A stretch of 59,930 nt of DNA, filler included, from 4 parts of 4 records of this genome joined end to end with filler, not necessarily neighbours in it, one strand, 5' to 3'; positions 43,032 through 52,919 are shown, numbered from the whole stretch's first letter. Translations and numbers: made by a program. The notes: a model not told the origin generated them from the sequence alone.

Positions 43032-43583
43032 TTAGTTTTTTTCATCGTAGTACTCACTGTTAAATACCTCGAGGACTTCATCTGTGATATCAATCGCTAC
43101 AGCACCATAAAGGATATTTCCCTCTCCCGCAGAGCCAAGAATAAAATCGAATCCGTTTTCTTCTCCGTACTTTTCCATCACTTGATTTATTCTGGATAGA
43201 ACAGATTTCATAACCTCAGCATGCCTCTCTTCTGCTTGAGCCTGCATACTATTGACATAGCTGAAGTATTCTTGACGTTTGGAGTCCAACATTTGAATTC
43301 TGTTTGCCCTTTCAGATTCACTCAATGTATTTTTGACTCGCTCAAATGTTTCGGTGGTAGATTGAATTTCACTTTCAAGGGTAACGATGTTGGTCTTAAG
43401 GGCAGACTCTTGATTTTGCCATGAATCCATAATCTCTTTAAACATGGCATTCTTAGCCACCAGATCTTGGGCGCGCACTATCCCAACTTTCGGAACTGCC
43501 GAATCTGTTATGATTAGAACAATTGGTAAAATGACAATTGCACTTAGCACTATACTCGCCAGGATTGACTTAACGTCTAACAT
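43032..43583 (-). CDS. OmpH/Skp family periplasmic chaperone
   Basis: KVGIVRAQDL, long coiled coil, YGEENGFDFIL...NILYGAVAIDITDEVL. Confidence 0.9.
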   Translation of the reverse strand: MLDVKSILASIVLSAIVILPIVLIITDSAVPKVGIVRAQDLVAKNAMFKEIMDSWQNQESALKTNIVTLESEIQSTTETFERVKNTLSESERANRIQMLDSKRQEYFSYVNSMQAQAEERHAEVMKSVLSRINQVMEKYGEENGFDFILGSAGEGNILYGAVAIDITDEVLEVFNSEYYDEKN

Positions 43584-43660
43584 GATATGAACCTTGATGT
43601 AAATAGGTTGAAAATTTCAATTTTTGCATGTACGGTTCTACAGACTCTCGCAACTCAATA

Positions 43661-44821
43661 CTAGATCGTTACTGTTAACGTCGCGATGCCGGACACATCG
43701 GAACCGCAACCGGTTGTGATGACAACGCGATATTGATTGCCGTCCATGCTTATCCCCACCGCCGGTAGCTCAAGCAAACTTTCGGTTGCACCGCTAATAT
43801 CGGACCAACCTGATCCCGTGTTAACCTGCCATTGAAAATCTGGCGGGTAAGGGTTTGATACAACAACCTTAAACCGCGCCGTTCCAGCCACATTAGCTGT
43901 AAAGCTCGCAGGTTGAACCGCGATTGTTGGAAACTGATCGACAACAAAGACGTATTTCTCTGAAGCAGTTACGCCACAGTAGTTTCGGACCAATACTCTG
44001 TATTCACTTTGATTCAGATTACCACCAATATTGGCAAGCTGATACGTACTCTGATCCGCATCAGCAACATCTTCCCAGCCTGAGGGAGTCATAATCTGCC
44101 ACTGATAAAACAACGAAGATACAGACGGTTCCGGGCTAACAGAAAGCGTAGCAGTACTCCCGATGCAAGTTGCAATTGTTGAAACTGTATTGTTTGTTAT
44201 GACGGGGCAAACGTCCGTATTACTGATAGGGGTAAACAGTACAGTTGATCCAACTGGAGCAAAGTTTGCCGCGTAACGTTCACGAATATCACCGAGATTG
44301 AGGATGCAGATCTCACCAACAATGTTAACACAGAAATCTGTTTCACATGTAGACACATATTGATCAGGGCAGTCGATTGATTCCATTCGCGAAAAACAAC
44401 TACCCGCAACAATCGCATAGTCTTCACATCCAGCCGCTACCAAGTGTACCAAAGGTGGGAACAGCATGGGGTTTGCCAACAACAACTCTATTCCAACTTC
44501 TTCTATCATTGTCGCTGGATCATTCGGACTACTCCAAAGTTGATCCAGCGTGGCTTCAGAATCCGTTCCGGTTGATGCAATCCAATCAACAAAAACCTCA
44601 AACCGGCCTCCAACAGCGCACCGGTTTAGTCGATGTCGGTACTTAATCTTAACAGGATCTGAATCTCCTGACATGAAGACGGAGGCATACAATGGCGCTG
44701 ACCACATTGCCTCAGGACAATCTCCAGCACACGGCTGTTCAACAATTTCGCCAGCGAATGCAGTAACTGTGCTTAGTAAAACAGCTACGGCTACATGTAC
44801 TAACATCTTTGCCACATTCAT
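43661..44821 (-). CDS. Secreted protein with Cys-rich N-terminal domain and two immunoglobulin-like domains
   Basis: Signal peptide; YQWQ...W.DV..A..STY and FQWQVNTGSGWSDISGAT...GNQYRVVIT Ig repeats. Confidence 0.8.
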   Translation of the reverse strand: MNVAKMLVHVAVAVLLSTVTAFAGEIVEQPCAGDCPEAMWSAPLYASVFMSGDSDPVKIKYRHRLNRCAVGGRFEVFVDWIASTGTDSEATLDQLWSSPNDPATMIEEVGIELLLANPMLFPPLVHLVAAGCEDYAIVAGSCFSRMESIDCPDQYVSTCETDFCVNIVGEICILNLGDIRERYAANFAPVGSTVLFTPISNTDVCPVITNNTVSTIATCIGSTATLSVSPEPSVSSLFYQWQIMTPSGWEDVADADQSTYQLANIGGNLNQSEYRVLVRNYCGVTASEKYVFVVDQFPTIAVQPASFTANVAGTARFKVVVSNPYPPDFQWQVNTGSGWSDISGATESLLELPAVGISMDGNQYRVVITTGCGSDVSGIATLTVTI

Positions 44822-44885
44822 TTAGACACCACATTGAATTCGAAGACGGTAACGACCAAGCTTGAGGCTTAAGTTCAGGAATTGT

Positions 44886-45605
44886 TCACAGCTTTATTCT
44901 AGGACCGTATGCGGCTTCACATTTGTTAAGGTAGTCAGGCGGAGTATAGACTCCGGTTCCTACTTCACAGGCTTCGGCATGAAACTCATGAATGATGCTT
45001 GCCCCAGAAATGACATTTTCAGCAGAAAACTCAGTGCAGTACAGTGTATATCCGCAATTCGAAGGACTTGGATCCATGCAAGGCGCGTACGTAACCGGGC
45101 AGTCTTGGCTCCCAATGTTTTCTCGATACCAGCATGATGGTCGGAATACTCTAATGTACTGTTTTGTACAATTGTATGTGGACTGTGTGAAGTCAAAGGG
45201 ATTTCGCCCAATCACAAATTCACTAATCTCATCTATCGCAAACGACATTGTTGCAGAAACGTGTGGATCGGTATTCATTGCAGTGAAATAAAGTGCACGT
45301 ACCAACATGATATCATTGTATTCTATCCCACCTGAGCTGCATTCTCGTAACCTATACTCAATTATTACGGGGCCAATATAGGTCTGATACGATTGCACCT
45401 GCAGAGCTCCAAATTCAACACCACATTGATCAAAGCACAGATCACCGGTGCGCGACTCTTGAATAACACTAACAAAGACGTCTGCACTCTGGGCATGAGA
45501 TAAGGTCAGAATACCAACCAGTCCAACGATACTCAAGTATACAATGCGAAGGCACTGTTTTATGAATTTTTCCATTGTTACTCTTTTTATTGATTTTGCA
45601 GACAT
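44886..45605 (-). CDS. Secreted Cys-rich hypothetical protein
   Basis: Signal-like segment ending in SHA, many Cys residues. TAATG overlap with the upstream stop; an alternative start at MEKF is possible. Confidence 0.7.
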   Translation of the reverse strand: MSAKSIKRVTMEKFIKQCLRIVYLSIVGLVGILTLSHAQSADVFVSVIQESRTGDLCFDQCGVEFGALQVQSYQTYIGPVIIEYRLRECSSGGIEYNDIMLVRALYFTAMNTDPHVSATMSFAIDEISEFVIGRNPFDFTQSTYNCTKQYIRVFRPSCWYRENIGSQDCPVTYAPCMDPSPSNCGYTLYCTEFSAENVISGASIIHEFHAEACEVGTGVYTPPDYLNKCEAAYGPRIKL

Positions 45606-47860
45606 TATTGCCCACGTACTATCAGCTTTTGAACCAAAACCTGATTGTTAACGCGCAGGTTGGCTACATACATCCCAGGCGCGACCGGATTTTCCGCTCC
45701 GCTCTCTGTACAATTCCAGACAATGCTGTGCTCTCCAATAGGTAGTCGTTCCTGGATAAGTTGGCGAACTAACTGATTCTCAAGATTGTAAATCCGAAGA
45801 CTTACACTAGCTTCTCCATCTAAAGAGAAAGTAATGTTTGCCAGCTCCTGTGCAGGATTAGGGTGTATGTCAAAATCGCGCACTTCCACGTCGTTAGATA
45901 CTGGCAACATCTCCGGTTCAGCGGCGACTAACAGAGTATGGTTAACATCCGGTTGCACCAAAACAATGCGTTCAGTATTTGGCGTCCGCACAACGACCGA
46001 ATCAATCTGCTCAACTTCATCAAGACCGACGTGGACGTAGCCTGGCCCCTGTCGAAGCAAACCACTAGATGCCTGCACGCAGCGACGTACTGAAGCATTA
46101 TCAAGATGAAAATCTACAGTGCATGAACTAATATCGACACCAGACAAGCTTGAAGGAAGTTGCACCGCAGAGTAATTGCCAACATCCCTGATCCGGTTTT
46201 GGAGCAGCACAAGTTTGCCATTAACATCCAAACAAATGTCGAGCAGCCCATCATTATTAAAGTCAATGATAACGGCATCGCTGCTTATCGCTTTTTCTGT
46301 AGCATCCAAGCGCACGATTCTTCCACCAGTATTTGAGCTTCGTTCATTGAGTTGAACGAATGACTCGCGGCAAGGTGATGCGCTGGCGACAAACTGATCG
46401 TAAACTCCATCGTTGTTAAAATCAGCAAACTTGACTCCAGCCAAATAAGGCTCTTTAATAACAATAGATGTCCCCAGATTTTGAACATTATCAGCCGGCA
46501 GCTTAGTGTTTACAACAAATTGCGACTCAAACATCTGCCCGTCCAGAGTTGCACCGGACAATCGCAACCCTGACTCTCCACTACTTGACATATCAAAAGT
46601 CACGGTTTTCAGATCGTTGTCTGTATTTAGTACAGACTCAGAGTTTAATATGGCGGCCTCCGTGTTCTTTGAAGAGGTCCAAGTCAACTCAACGACTCCG
46701 CGTTCGGCAATCGCAGCCAGCATTTCAAACTGTCCATCACTGTCCCAGTCTGTCCAGAGTAGCGAGCTGATAGTCTGCGCGACATCAGTCGTTTTAATCG
46801 GTACAGAAACAAAACTATTTTTCTGGTTGTTTTGTAGTAAGTATACAGCACTCGAATAGTCGCCTGTGTCTGTTTTACAGACGAACACTAAGTCTGGGTA
46901 TCCATCATAGTTGATGTCACACCGACTATAACTAACAACTTCCTTTAGTCTCGGCATCTGGATGTCGATTGATTCAAATTCGCCAAAACCTTTGTTTAAG
47001 AGTATTTTTGACTGGACTTCCTGGAGTTTGACGATGTCACAAAGGCCATCTAAGTCAATATCTGCTGCGACAACAATGTCCGACTCGTTAAGTTCGGTGC
47101 TTAACTCAACATCCTCAACGAAAGTTTTCCCGTCGCGATTCCAGTATAGTCGTTCGCCGGCCAATAGGTCTATAAAACCATCTGCATCAAGGTCGACCCA
47201 GCATATTTCTCTAACTTTATCAATTCCTTGAAGATTGACACTCTCAGTCACATTTGAGAACATATCCGGTTGCCCGGAGTTTGATTTGCGCAATAGAGCT
47301 TCAACCAAAAAGGCATGTTGCGTATGTTCCCAAGTTCCATCCATATATTTGATGTATTGATACCACTGCTCTTCACCATTGAAATCAATGCAGAATGGCT
47401 CATGAATTTTGCTGTCCGATAATAGGTCAACATTTTCTGAGATTGAAGTAAGATGTACAAAGATGTGGCAAGCAGGCAATTCGATTGGCTTGTCGAACAT
47501 CACAAACACTTGTTCATAGCCGGCATTTGACTTGTTTGCCCGGCCGGTTGCGACGACTAAGTCGGCTTGATAGAACTTATCGCTTATAGCCCCCGCCATG
47601 CTAATCGCAATTTCAACTTCACCATTTGTTGATGAACCACCTAAATGCAGTAGAACGCCCTCCAGTTGACCAGGTTTGTCGACTACAATTCTGGCAGTCT
47701 GAATAGAAATCGCATCATCCGAGAAGTACTTTCTCTTACTGGAATAATCACCATGACCAACTGCAAATACGGCATCTGACGCGTTCAAATTGTCAGATGA
47801 ACAAACAAGCAACAGCAATGTGAATAAGAATGTTAATCTATGCAGAGGATGAAATCGCAT
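45605..47860 (-). CDS. FG-GAP/VCBS repeat + ASPIC/UnbV-like protein with C-terminal T9SS-sorting/FlgD-Ig domain
   Basis: Repeated DxDxDG.xD motifs, VHVGLDEVEQID (ASPIC/UnbV-like), C-terminal IHPNPA...LRIYNL..QLVR...GMYVANL...KLIV. ATG at 47860 follows GAGGT. Confidence 0.85.
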   Translation of the reverse strand: MRFHPLHRLTFLFTLLLLVCSSDNLNASDAVFAVGHGDYSSKRKYFSDDAISIQTARIVVDKPGQLEGVLLHLGGSSTNGEVEIAISMAGAISDKFYQADLVVATGRANKSNAGYEQVFVMFDKPIELPACHIFVHLTSISENVDLLSDSKIHEPFCIDFNGEEQWYQYIKYMDGTWEHTQHAFLVEALLRKSNSGQPDMFSNVTESVNLQGIDKVREICWVDLDADGFIDLLAGERLYWNRDGKTFVEDVELSTELNESDIVVAADIDLDGLCDIVKLQEVQSKILLNKGFGEFESIDIQMPRLKEVVSYSRCDINYDGYPDLVFVCKTDTGDYSSAVYLLQNNQKNSFVSVPIKTTDVAQTISSLLWTDWDSDGQFEMLAAIAERGVVELTWTSSKNTEAAILNSESVLNTDNDLKTVTFDMSSSGESGLRLSGATLDGQMFESQFVVNTKLPADNVQNLGTSIVIKEPYLAGVKFADFNNDGVYDQFVASASPCRESFVQLNERSSNTGGRIVRLDATEKAISSDAVIIDFNNDGLLDICLDVNGKLVLLQNRIRDVGNYSAVQLPSSLSGVDISSCTVDFHLDNASVRRCVQASSGLLRQGPGYVHVGLDEVEQIDSVVVRTPNTERIVLVQPDVNHTLLVAAEPEMLPVSNDVEVRDFDIHPNPAQELANITFSLDGEASVSLRIYNLENQLVRQLIQERLPIGEHSIVWNCTESGAENPVAPGMYVANLRVNNQVLVQKLIVRGQ

Positions 47861-48108
47861 TCGTAGTACCTCAATGGTTACAATTGTATGCATTCGCATT
47901 TCTTCAATTTTTGCACGATATGCTCTTTTAGCAGCGCTCAAAATTGTCTATTAGCCGAATAATCCACGTTTACTTTGAACTCTCACCTGCATTTTTTTAA
48001 GCTAGCCTGACACCAAGCCACATATTACTTCCGGCTGCTCAGCACCTATCAATTCATACATACGTTTTCTATTAATGAATTGTCAGTCTGTTCAGCAAAC
48101 CGCGTTCC

Positions 48109-50364
48109 TTAATTAGTGACTTCCGGGAAGTCAGAAGAATTCGTAGAGCCAGCAACTACAACGCGTCCAAACTGATCGATAAGTACAGCTTGTGCATTGT
48201 CATCATTGGTACCACCGTAAATTGCCGACCACGTTAAGTTTTCAAGTGTTAAGTCAAATGATGAAATAAATACATCCATTCCACCATTGTCAACATTGTC
48301 CAAAACTTCTCCGACTTGAGGAATTGAGGTTGAATGTGTTTGGCCAACAATGAGTATTCCTCCTGACATCGAGGGACAAATGTCAAGACCAGATTCGACA
48401 TCTCCGGCACCAAAAAATGTCGAATGTGTGATGGTCCCTTGAGTTGAAAACTTCAGTACAAAAGCATCTGTGGAGCCACCATTGTATGTTGCATCGTAGG
48501 CTCCCGTAGATATTGGGAATGTTGAAGACCCGGTTAACCCGGTCAAATAGATCTCTTCATTATCGTTGACAAAGAGAGAATGAGCACGATCATTACCCGA
48601 CCCGCCAATCAGAGTCGAATACTCTAAACTAGTGCCACCAGATGATATTACAGTCAACACACAATCGTAGCCGCCACCTGCGAAAGTTTGCTGATGAGCA
48701 TTTGTTGTTGTTGGGTAGTTTGCTGATGACTTGGTAAATCCGCAAACAACGCTCCGCCCATTATCAAGAGCCTCTATTTTGTAAAGGTGATCATTGTCAT
48801 TACCCCCTAGGTAGCTCAAATATGATATTGTTGAGTTACTCAAATCCAGCAAGCCAACCATTGCATCCCGGTTTCCTCCACTTTTGTTCGGCTGAAAAAC
48901 GCCAGACGTTGTAGCCAGATCAGAACCAAAGGCGTATCCACAAACAAACAGTTTGTTGTACCCATCTCCCTCATCAACATCGTAAACAACATCATTTCCA
49001 CTTGACCCCAGATACGTAGAAAACACGAGGTTGTCACCGTTTGGTCCAAGCGATAACACTACACCATCCCGATTCCCGCCACCATAGTTTTGTTGAACCG
49101 GGTTTAACTGCGGAAATCCTGTTCCAGCGAACCCCGACACAATAACATTACCAGTTGAGGATTGAATCCGCACTGAGTATGCACGGTCATCATTTGGGCC
49201 ACCGACCAAGGTAGTCCAGATATTTTGACGGCCGGATTGATCGAACTTCATGACAAAGATATCTTCATTGCCGGCTAGCGCTGTCTGATAGGCCCCCAGC
49301 GTCGTCGGAAATCCTGTGCTGGATTCTGTTGAGCCAACCAAGTAGATGTTTCCATAGTTATCTACTTCAGAGTCTATCAGGACCTCAGTCGAAGTTCCTC
49401 CGTGAACCGAAGATGTTACGAACGGGTCAATAATCAGCTGACGTTCTTTGTCGTATGTGCCAACCTTAAACTTGACGGTGTTCTTGTTCTCAATTACAAA
49501 GGAAGTCTCTACAACTCTCTTTCGATCAACTATTTTCAGCTCAACATCACCTTCATCAGCGTCTTTATCTTTGTCCTTGTCTTTGTCTTTTTGTCGTTTA
49601 TCAGCAGCTTCTTCGGCTCTTTCAAGCTCAGCTTTTGTTGCATGTTGGAAAGTAAACAAACCTCCGTGCACAATATCACCAAGATTTGTATGCAGCTGCA
49701 ATTCACCGGCTTTGTTAATCGACAGTGAGTCAGCACCAGTAAACTGCATACGAATCTCCTCCGGATCACCACCGGGGTTTACTTCGATATCGTATCGCAC
49801 TTTACCATCTTCAAAGTAGTACCGCAAGCTTGTATTCTTATAGACTTCTTCATCTAGCAGCTCACCATATTTATCTGCCGTTCCATTTACACGTTTCTTG
49901 GCTTTCGAGTGCACATAGTGATTTTTCGCGCCAGATTTCTTCCGCGTACGAATGTGTCGCTCGCGATTCTTCTCCTTAACCTTCTTCCCCCGCGGCTCTA
50001 CAAACTCCACCTTTACTACCTGCCCCCTGCGCTCCAGACTGTCCGACATAAAATGATCATAGGGGTCTTCGTAAATCTTCTCGTCAAATCGTGCGCTGTC
50101 GTGATCGATTATTGTGTAGTAATCATATATCACCGCACTGTCCGTGAACCACATGTTAAGGTTTTCACCCTTACTCATGTATCTGGCGCGTGCGTCCCAC
50201 TGACCCTTGTTCTCAACAAAGTAGCGCTCGGCCCCAGCATTGCGTTTAAGATTCACATCTTTGGCCAGCAACTTAACGCTTGTCAAAAGTGTTAATAGCA
50301 GCAAAGCTAGTACTACGGGCGCACGCCACCCCGGCCGGCTTGCGGCTTCATGTAGAAGTTTCAT
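48109..50364 (-). CDS. SBBP beta-propeller repeat protein with DUF7948-like N-terminal domain
   Basis: FVENKGQW, YDIEVNPGGDP..I, YDKERQLIIDP, repeated GNIYLVGST.S..FPTT.GAYQ and YSTLIGGSGND units; signal peptide. Confidence 0.88.
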   Translation of the reverse strand: MKLLHEAASRPGWRAPVVLALLLLTLLTSVKLLAKDVNLKRNAGAERYFVENKGQWDARARYMSKGENLNMWFTDSAVIYDYYTIIDHDSARFDEKIYEDPYDHFMSDSLERRGQVVKVEFVEPRGKKVKEKNRERHIRTRKKSGAKNHYVHSKAKKRVNGTADKYGELLDEEVYKNTSLRYYFEDGKVRYDIEVNPGGDPEEIRMQFTGADSLSINKAGELQLHTNLGDIVHGGLFTFQHATKAELERAEEAADKRQKDKDKDKDKDADEGDVELKIVDRKRVVETSFVIENKNTVKFKVGTYDKERQLIIDPFVTSSVHGGTSTEVLIDSEVDNYGNIYLVGSTESSTGFPTTLGAYQTALAGNEDIFVMKFDQSGRQNIWTTLVGGPNDDRAYSVRIQSSTGNVIVSGFAGTGFPQLNPVQQNYGGGNRDGVVLSLGPNGDNLVFSTYLGSSGNDVVYDVDEGDGYNKLFVCGYAFGSDLATTSGVFQPNKSGGNRDAMVGLLDLSNSTISYLSYLGGNDNDHLYKIEALDNGRSVVCGFTKSSANYPTTTNAHQQTFAGGGYDCVLTVISSGGTSLEYSTLIGGSGNDRAHSLFVNDNEEIYLTGLTGSSTFPISTGAYDATYNGGSTDAFVLKFSTQGTITHSTFFGAGDVESGLDICPSMSGGILIVGQTHSTSIPQVGEVLDNVDNGGMDVFISSFDLTLENLTWSAIYGGTNDDNAQAVLIDQFGRVVVAGSTNSSDFPEVTN
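49561..49600 (-). repeat. Coding hexanucleotide-like repeat encoding (KD)n
   Basis: Encodes KRQKDKDKDKDKD within the SBBP protein. Confidence 0.6.
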
Positions 50365-50402
50365 AGACTTCAGGATATACAACTCCAGGCACAACAATCC
50401 CT

Positions 50403-50423
50403 ATCAGAATTTATGATTCTGAT
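50403..50423. promoter_or_regulatory. 8-bp inverted repeat about 40 bp upstream of the secreted-protein cluster (possible operator)
   Basis: ATCAGAAT-TTATG-ATTCTGAT. Confidence 0.35.
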
Positions 50424-51830
50424 GAGATTCCGTTAATGGAATTGTCTGTGTATGTATTTAACTACAAAACGCCATTGAACATGCTCCCAAATGTAGCAGC
50501 GCAAACTCCCGCTCCGCTCCATCTGGATGTATGATCTATGCTTTAAATACAGCTGGATACGCAGATATCTAGCTTATCCCAGGATGGGACTTTTCTCCAT
50601 TATGGTTTGATCTCTTGTTGATCCCCATACGCTCACTAATGATCAATAACGACTGTGTGATAGGAGCGAAAATCAACTGTACAAATATATTCCCCTTCGT
50701 TGAACAATGCAAGATAATTCTGACTTCTTTTGCATTTTTTATTTTGCCGCTAAATAATTCACTGTCCTACACACTCCTTTTATCTAAATCACACTTTCTA
50801 CGTATTACGCGATTTTTAGGCATATTCATCAAACGGCAGCACCTCCACTATACTAGTATTCATGCGGCATTAGACATGCTTGAGCCGCATTTCATTTTTC
50901 ACACCAGAACACACTCACCATAGTGTGCAATGCTTTAATGCAGTTTTTCTGCAGGCTTTAGAACCCGACTTTTCCACATTACAAACACATTCTTTGCATT
51001 ATTTACGATTATAACAGCTCATTTATTATCTGTGCAGTTAGTCAAGGGCCATTGCCTGAAACCGCAACAATTCACAGATGCGGACAAAACAAGGCCAATA
51101 TTTTTCTATCTCTAGCTTCATATTGACATTTGTTAACACAACAAATTCGATGTGTCAATTTCATTCTTTTCTGTAGGTCTGCCGAGGAAAGATGTGCAGC
51201 GTTTTGCAGATTTTTTGCCTTGCCCCCAGCTTTCGATTCCACAGCCCTAATATTCATATCCAAACACAGGCCCTAAGTCACATTCCGATTACAACTCGCT
51301 AAACAGCAATAAACATTTGGCCCACAGAATTGATGTTCAAACACTGGTTCAACATTAACTTATCACGACGCAAGAGCACAAAAACCAATCTTTGTTAACA
51401 TCAGCTGCCGAGAGCCAGATACGCCTCACCTGCAATTTGCACAACTGTAAAAACAGGATTGATAGCACTCGCTGTTTAACTCTAGGACTGAGTAGCTCCA
51501 ACTTCACATGTGTCAGTTTAGACTTTGATTTTTGCTTAGGGATTCACACTTAACAACACAACATCCTATCAATTCGCCCAGATCAAACCAGGCAAAACAT
51601 TGCAGCGCTCCTCGTCACCCATTTTTTTGGCTGCCTCTCTAGCTCGCTTTTTGAATTTCTTGTTAGTCTTGCAGTAAATCTCAACTATTCACTGAGAGCT
51701 TCAAAAGACAGAAGTTAACATTTTGACAGATGGCGCCGTGTCAATCAGTGCACTTTAGACAAGTCGGTTAACAGCACCTACTGTTCGATCGTTAAACTTT
51801 TTTTGCATTGCATTCAGTGCCTGGACGTTT

Positions 51831-51930
51831 NNNNNNNNNNNNNNNNNNNNNNNNNNNNNNNNNNNNNNNNNNNNTTAATTAATTAANNNNNNNNNNNNNN
51901 NNNNNNNNNNNNNNNNNNNNNNNNNNNNNN
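51831..51930. other. Artificial contig linker
   Basis: 44 N + TTAATTAATTAA + 44 N. Confidence 0.99.
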
Positions 51931-52043
51931 CCCTTTACTGGTAGAAAAGCGGATATACATTTTCTTATATTTAAAAATTAGAAAAAAAATCATATTGTAT
52001 CTGCTAGACGTATTAAATTCAATAGAATATTTCACTAACCCCT

Positions 52044-52445
52044 ATGACTATGAAAAGAATTGCTTTGCTCCCTGCGGCCGCGATTGTAGGCCTCTTGTTT
52101 TTTCAGGCTTCCCAAAAACCGGAAGCTGAAAAACACCCAGATTTCCTTCTATTCGATGCTAAAATGCCTGCTAATGTGAAAGCGATAGTAGATCAAAAAT
52201 GCTACGGTTGCCACAATGCCGAATCTAAAAATGAAAAGGGCAAGAAGAAGTTGGATTGGGATTTTTTCGAAGCGGAAAAGAAATCCAAGCAATTAGCAAC
52301 TATGTCAAAAATCAACGAAGTGCTGACTGAAGGTGATATGCCCCCAGCTAGGTTTTTGGAAAATAAACCTGAGGGAAAGCTATCTGAAGAGGAGATGGCA
52401 ATTCTAAAAGAATGGAGTGCTGGAAAGAAGAAAAAAGGAGAGTAA
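52044..52445 (+). CDS. Haem-binding domain c-type cytochrome
   Basis: Signal/anchor, CYGCH haem motif, distal GDMPP Met ligand. Confidence 0.85.
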   Translation: MTMKRIALLPAAAIVGLLFFQASQKPEAEKHPDFLLFDAKMPANVKAIVDQKCYGCHNAESKNEKGKKKLDWDFFEAEKKSKQLATMSKINEVLTEGDMPPARFLENKPEGKLSEEEMAILKEWSAGKKKKGE

Positions 52446-52901
52446 ATGAAGGTTTGGCACTATTCAGGGCTAGTAGTAGCCCTGATCATCCTTGGAATTC
52501 AACTAGTTCCCACCGAACTTCCTGAAGTGACTCAGGATAATCCTGGGGATTTAATCGGTTCTGGAATTGTAGATGGAGAAGTAGCTGATTTACTTCAAAC
52601 TGCCTGCTATAATTGCCATAGTAACGTAACTCAATACCCGTGGTATTCTCACGTGGCACCTGTTTCTTGGCTTGTTTCCAAAGACGTGAAAATGGCTAGG
52701 GAAGAGGTTAACTTTTCAATATATGAGCTGATGGATCAGCTGGCTATTTTGGATGATATTTATTCCACCGTAGAAGAGAAACACATGCCCTTGCCGATTT
52801 ACATCACTATGCACGCAGAGGCTGATTTGGATGATGCTCAGCGGCAAAAAATAATCGAATGGGCTGAGGCTGCTATGGATATTTTGGCCGAAGAATATTG
52901 A
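52446..52901 (+). CDS. Haem-binding domain c-type cytochrome (Haem_bd-like)
   Basis: ACYNCHS..T.YPWYS.VAPVSW, NFS and MPLPIY motifs. Confidence 0.9.
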   Translation: MKVWHYSGLVVALIILGIQLVPTELPEVTQDNPGDLIGSGIVDGEVADLLQTACYNCHSNVTQYPWYSHVAPVSWLVSKDVKMAREEVNFSIYELMDQLAILDDIYSTVEEKHMPLPIYITMHAEADLDDAQRQKIIEWAEAAMDILAEEY

Positions 52902-52919
52902 AATGAGTTGTGAACTAAT

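Noticed and set aside
49561-49600. Phase-variable simple sequence repeat
   Set aside because: The unit is 6 bp (in frame) and degenerate at synonymous positions, so it cannot switch the frame.
50615-51263. ORFs 50615-50923 and 51072-51263
   Set aside because: Weak starts, atypical composition and no recognisable motifs; treated as non-coding.
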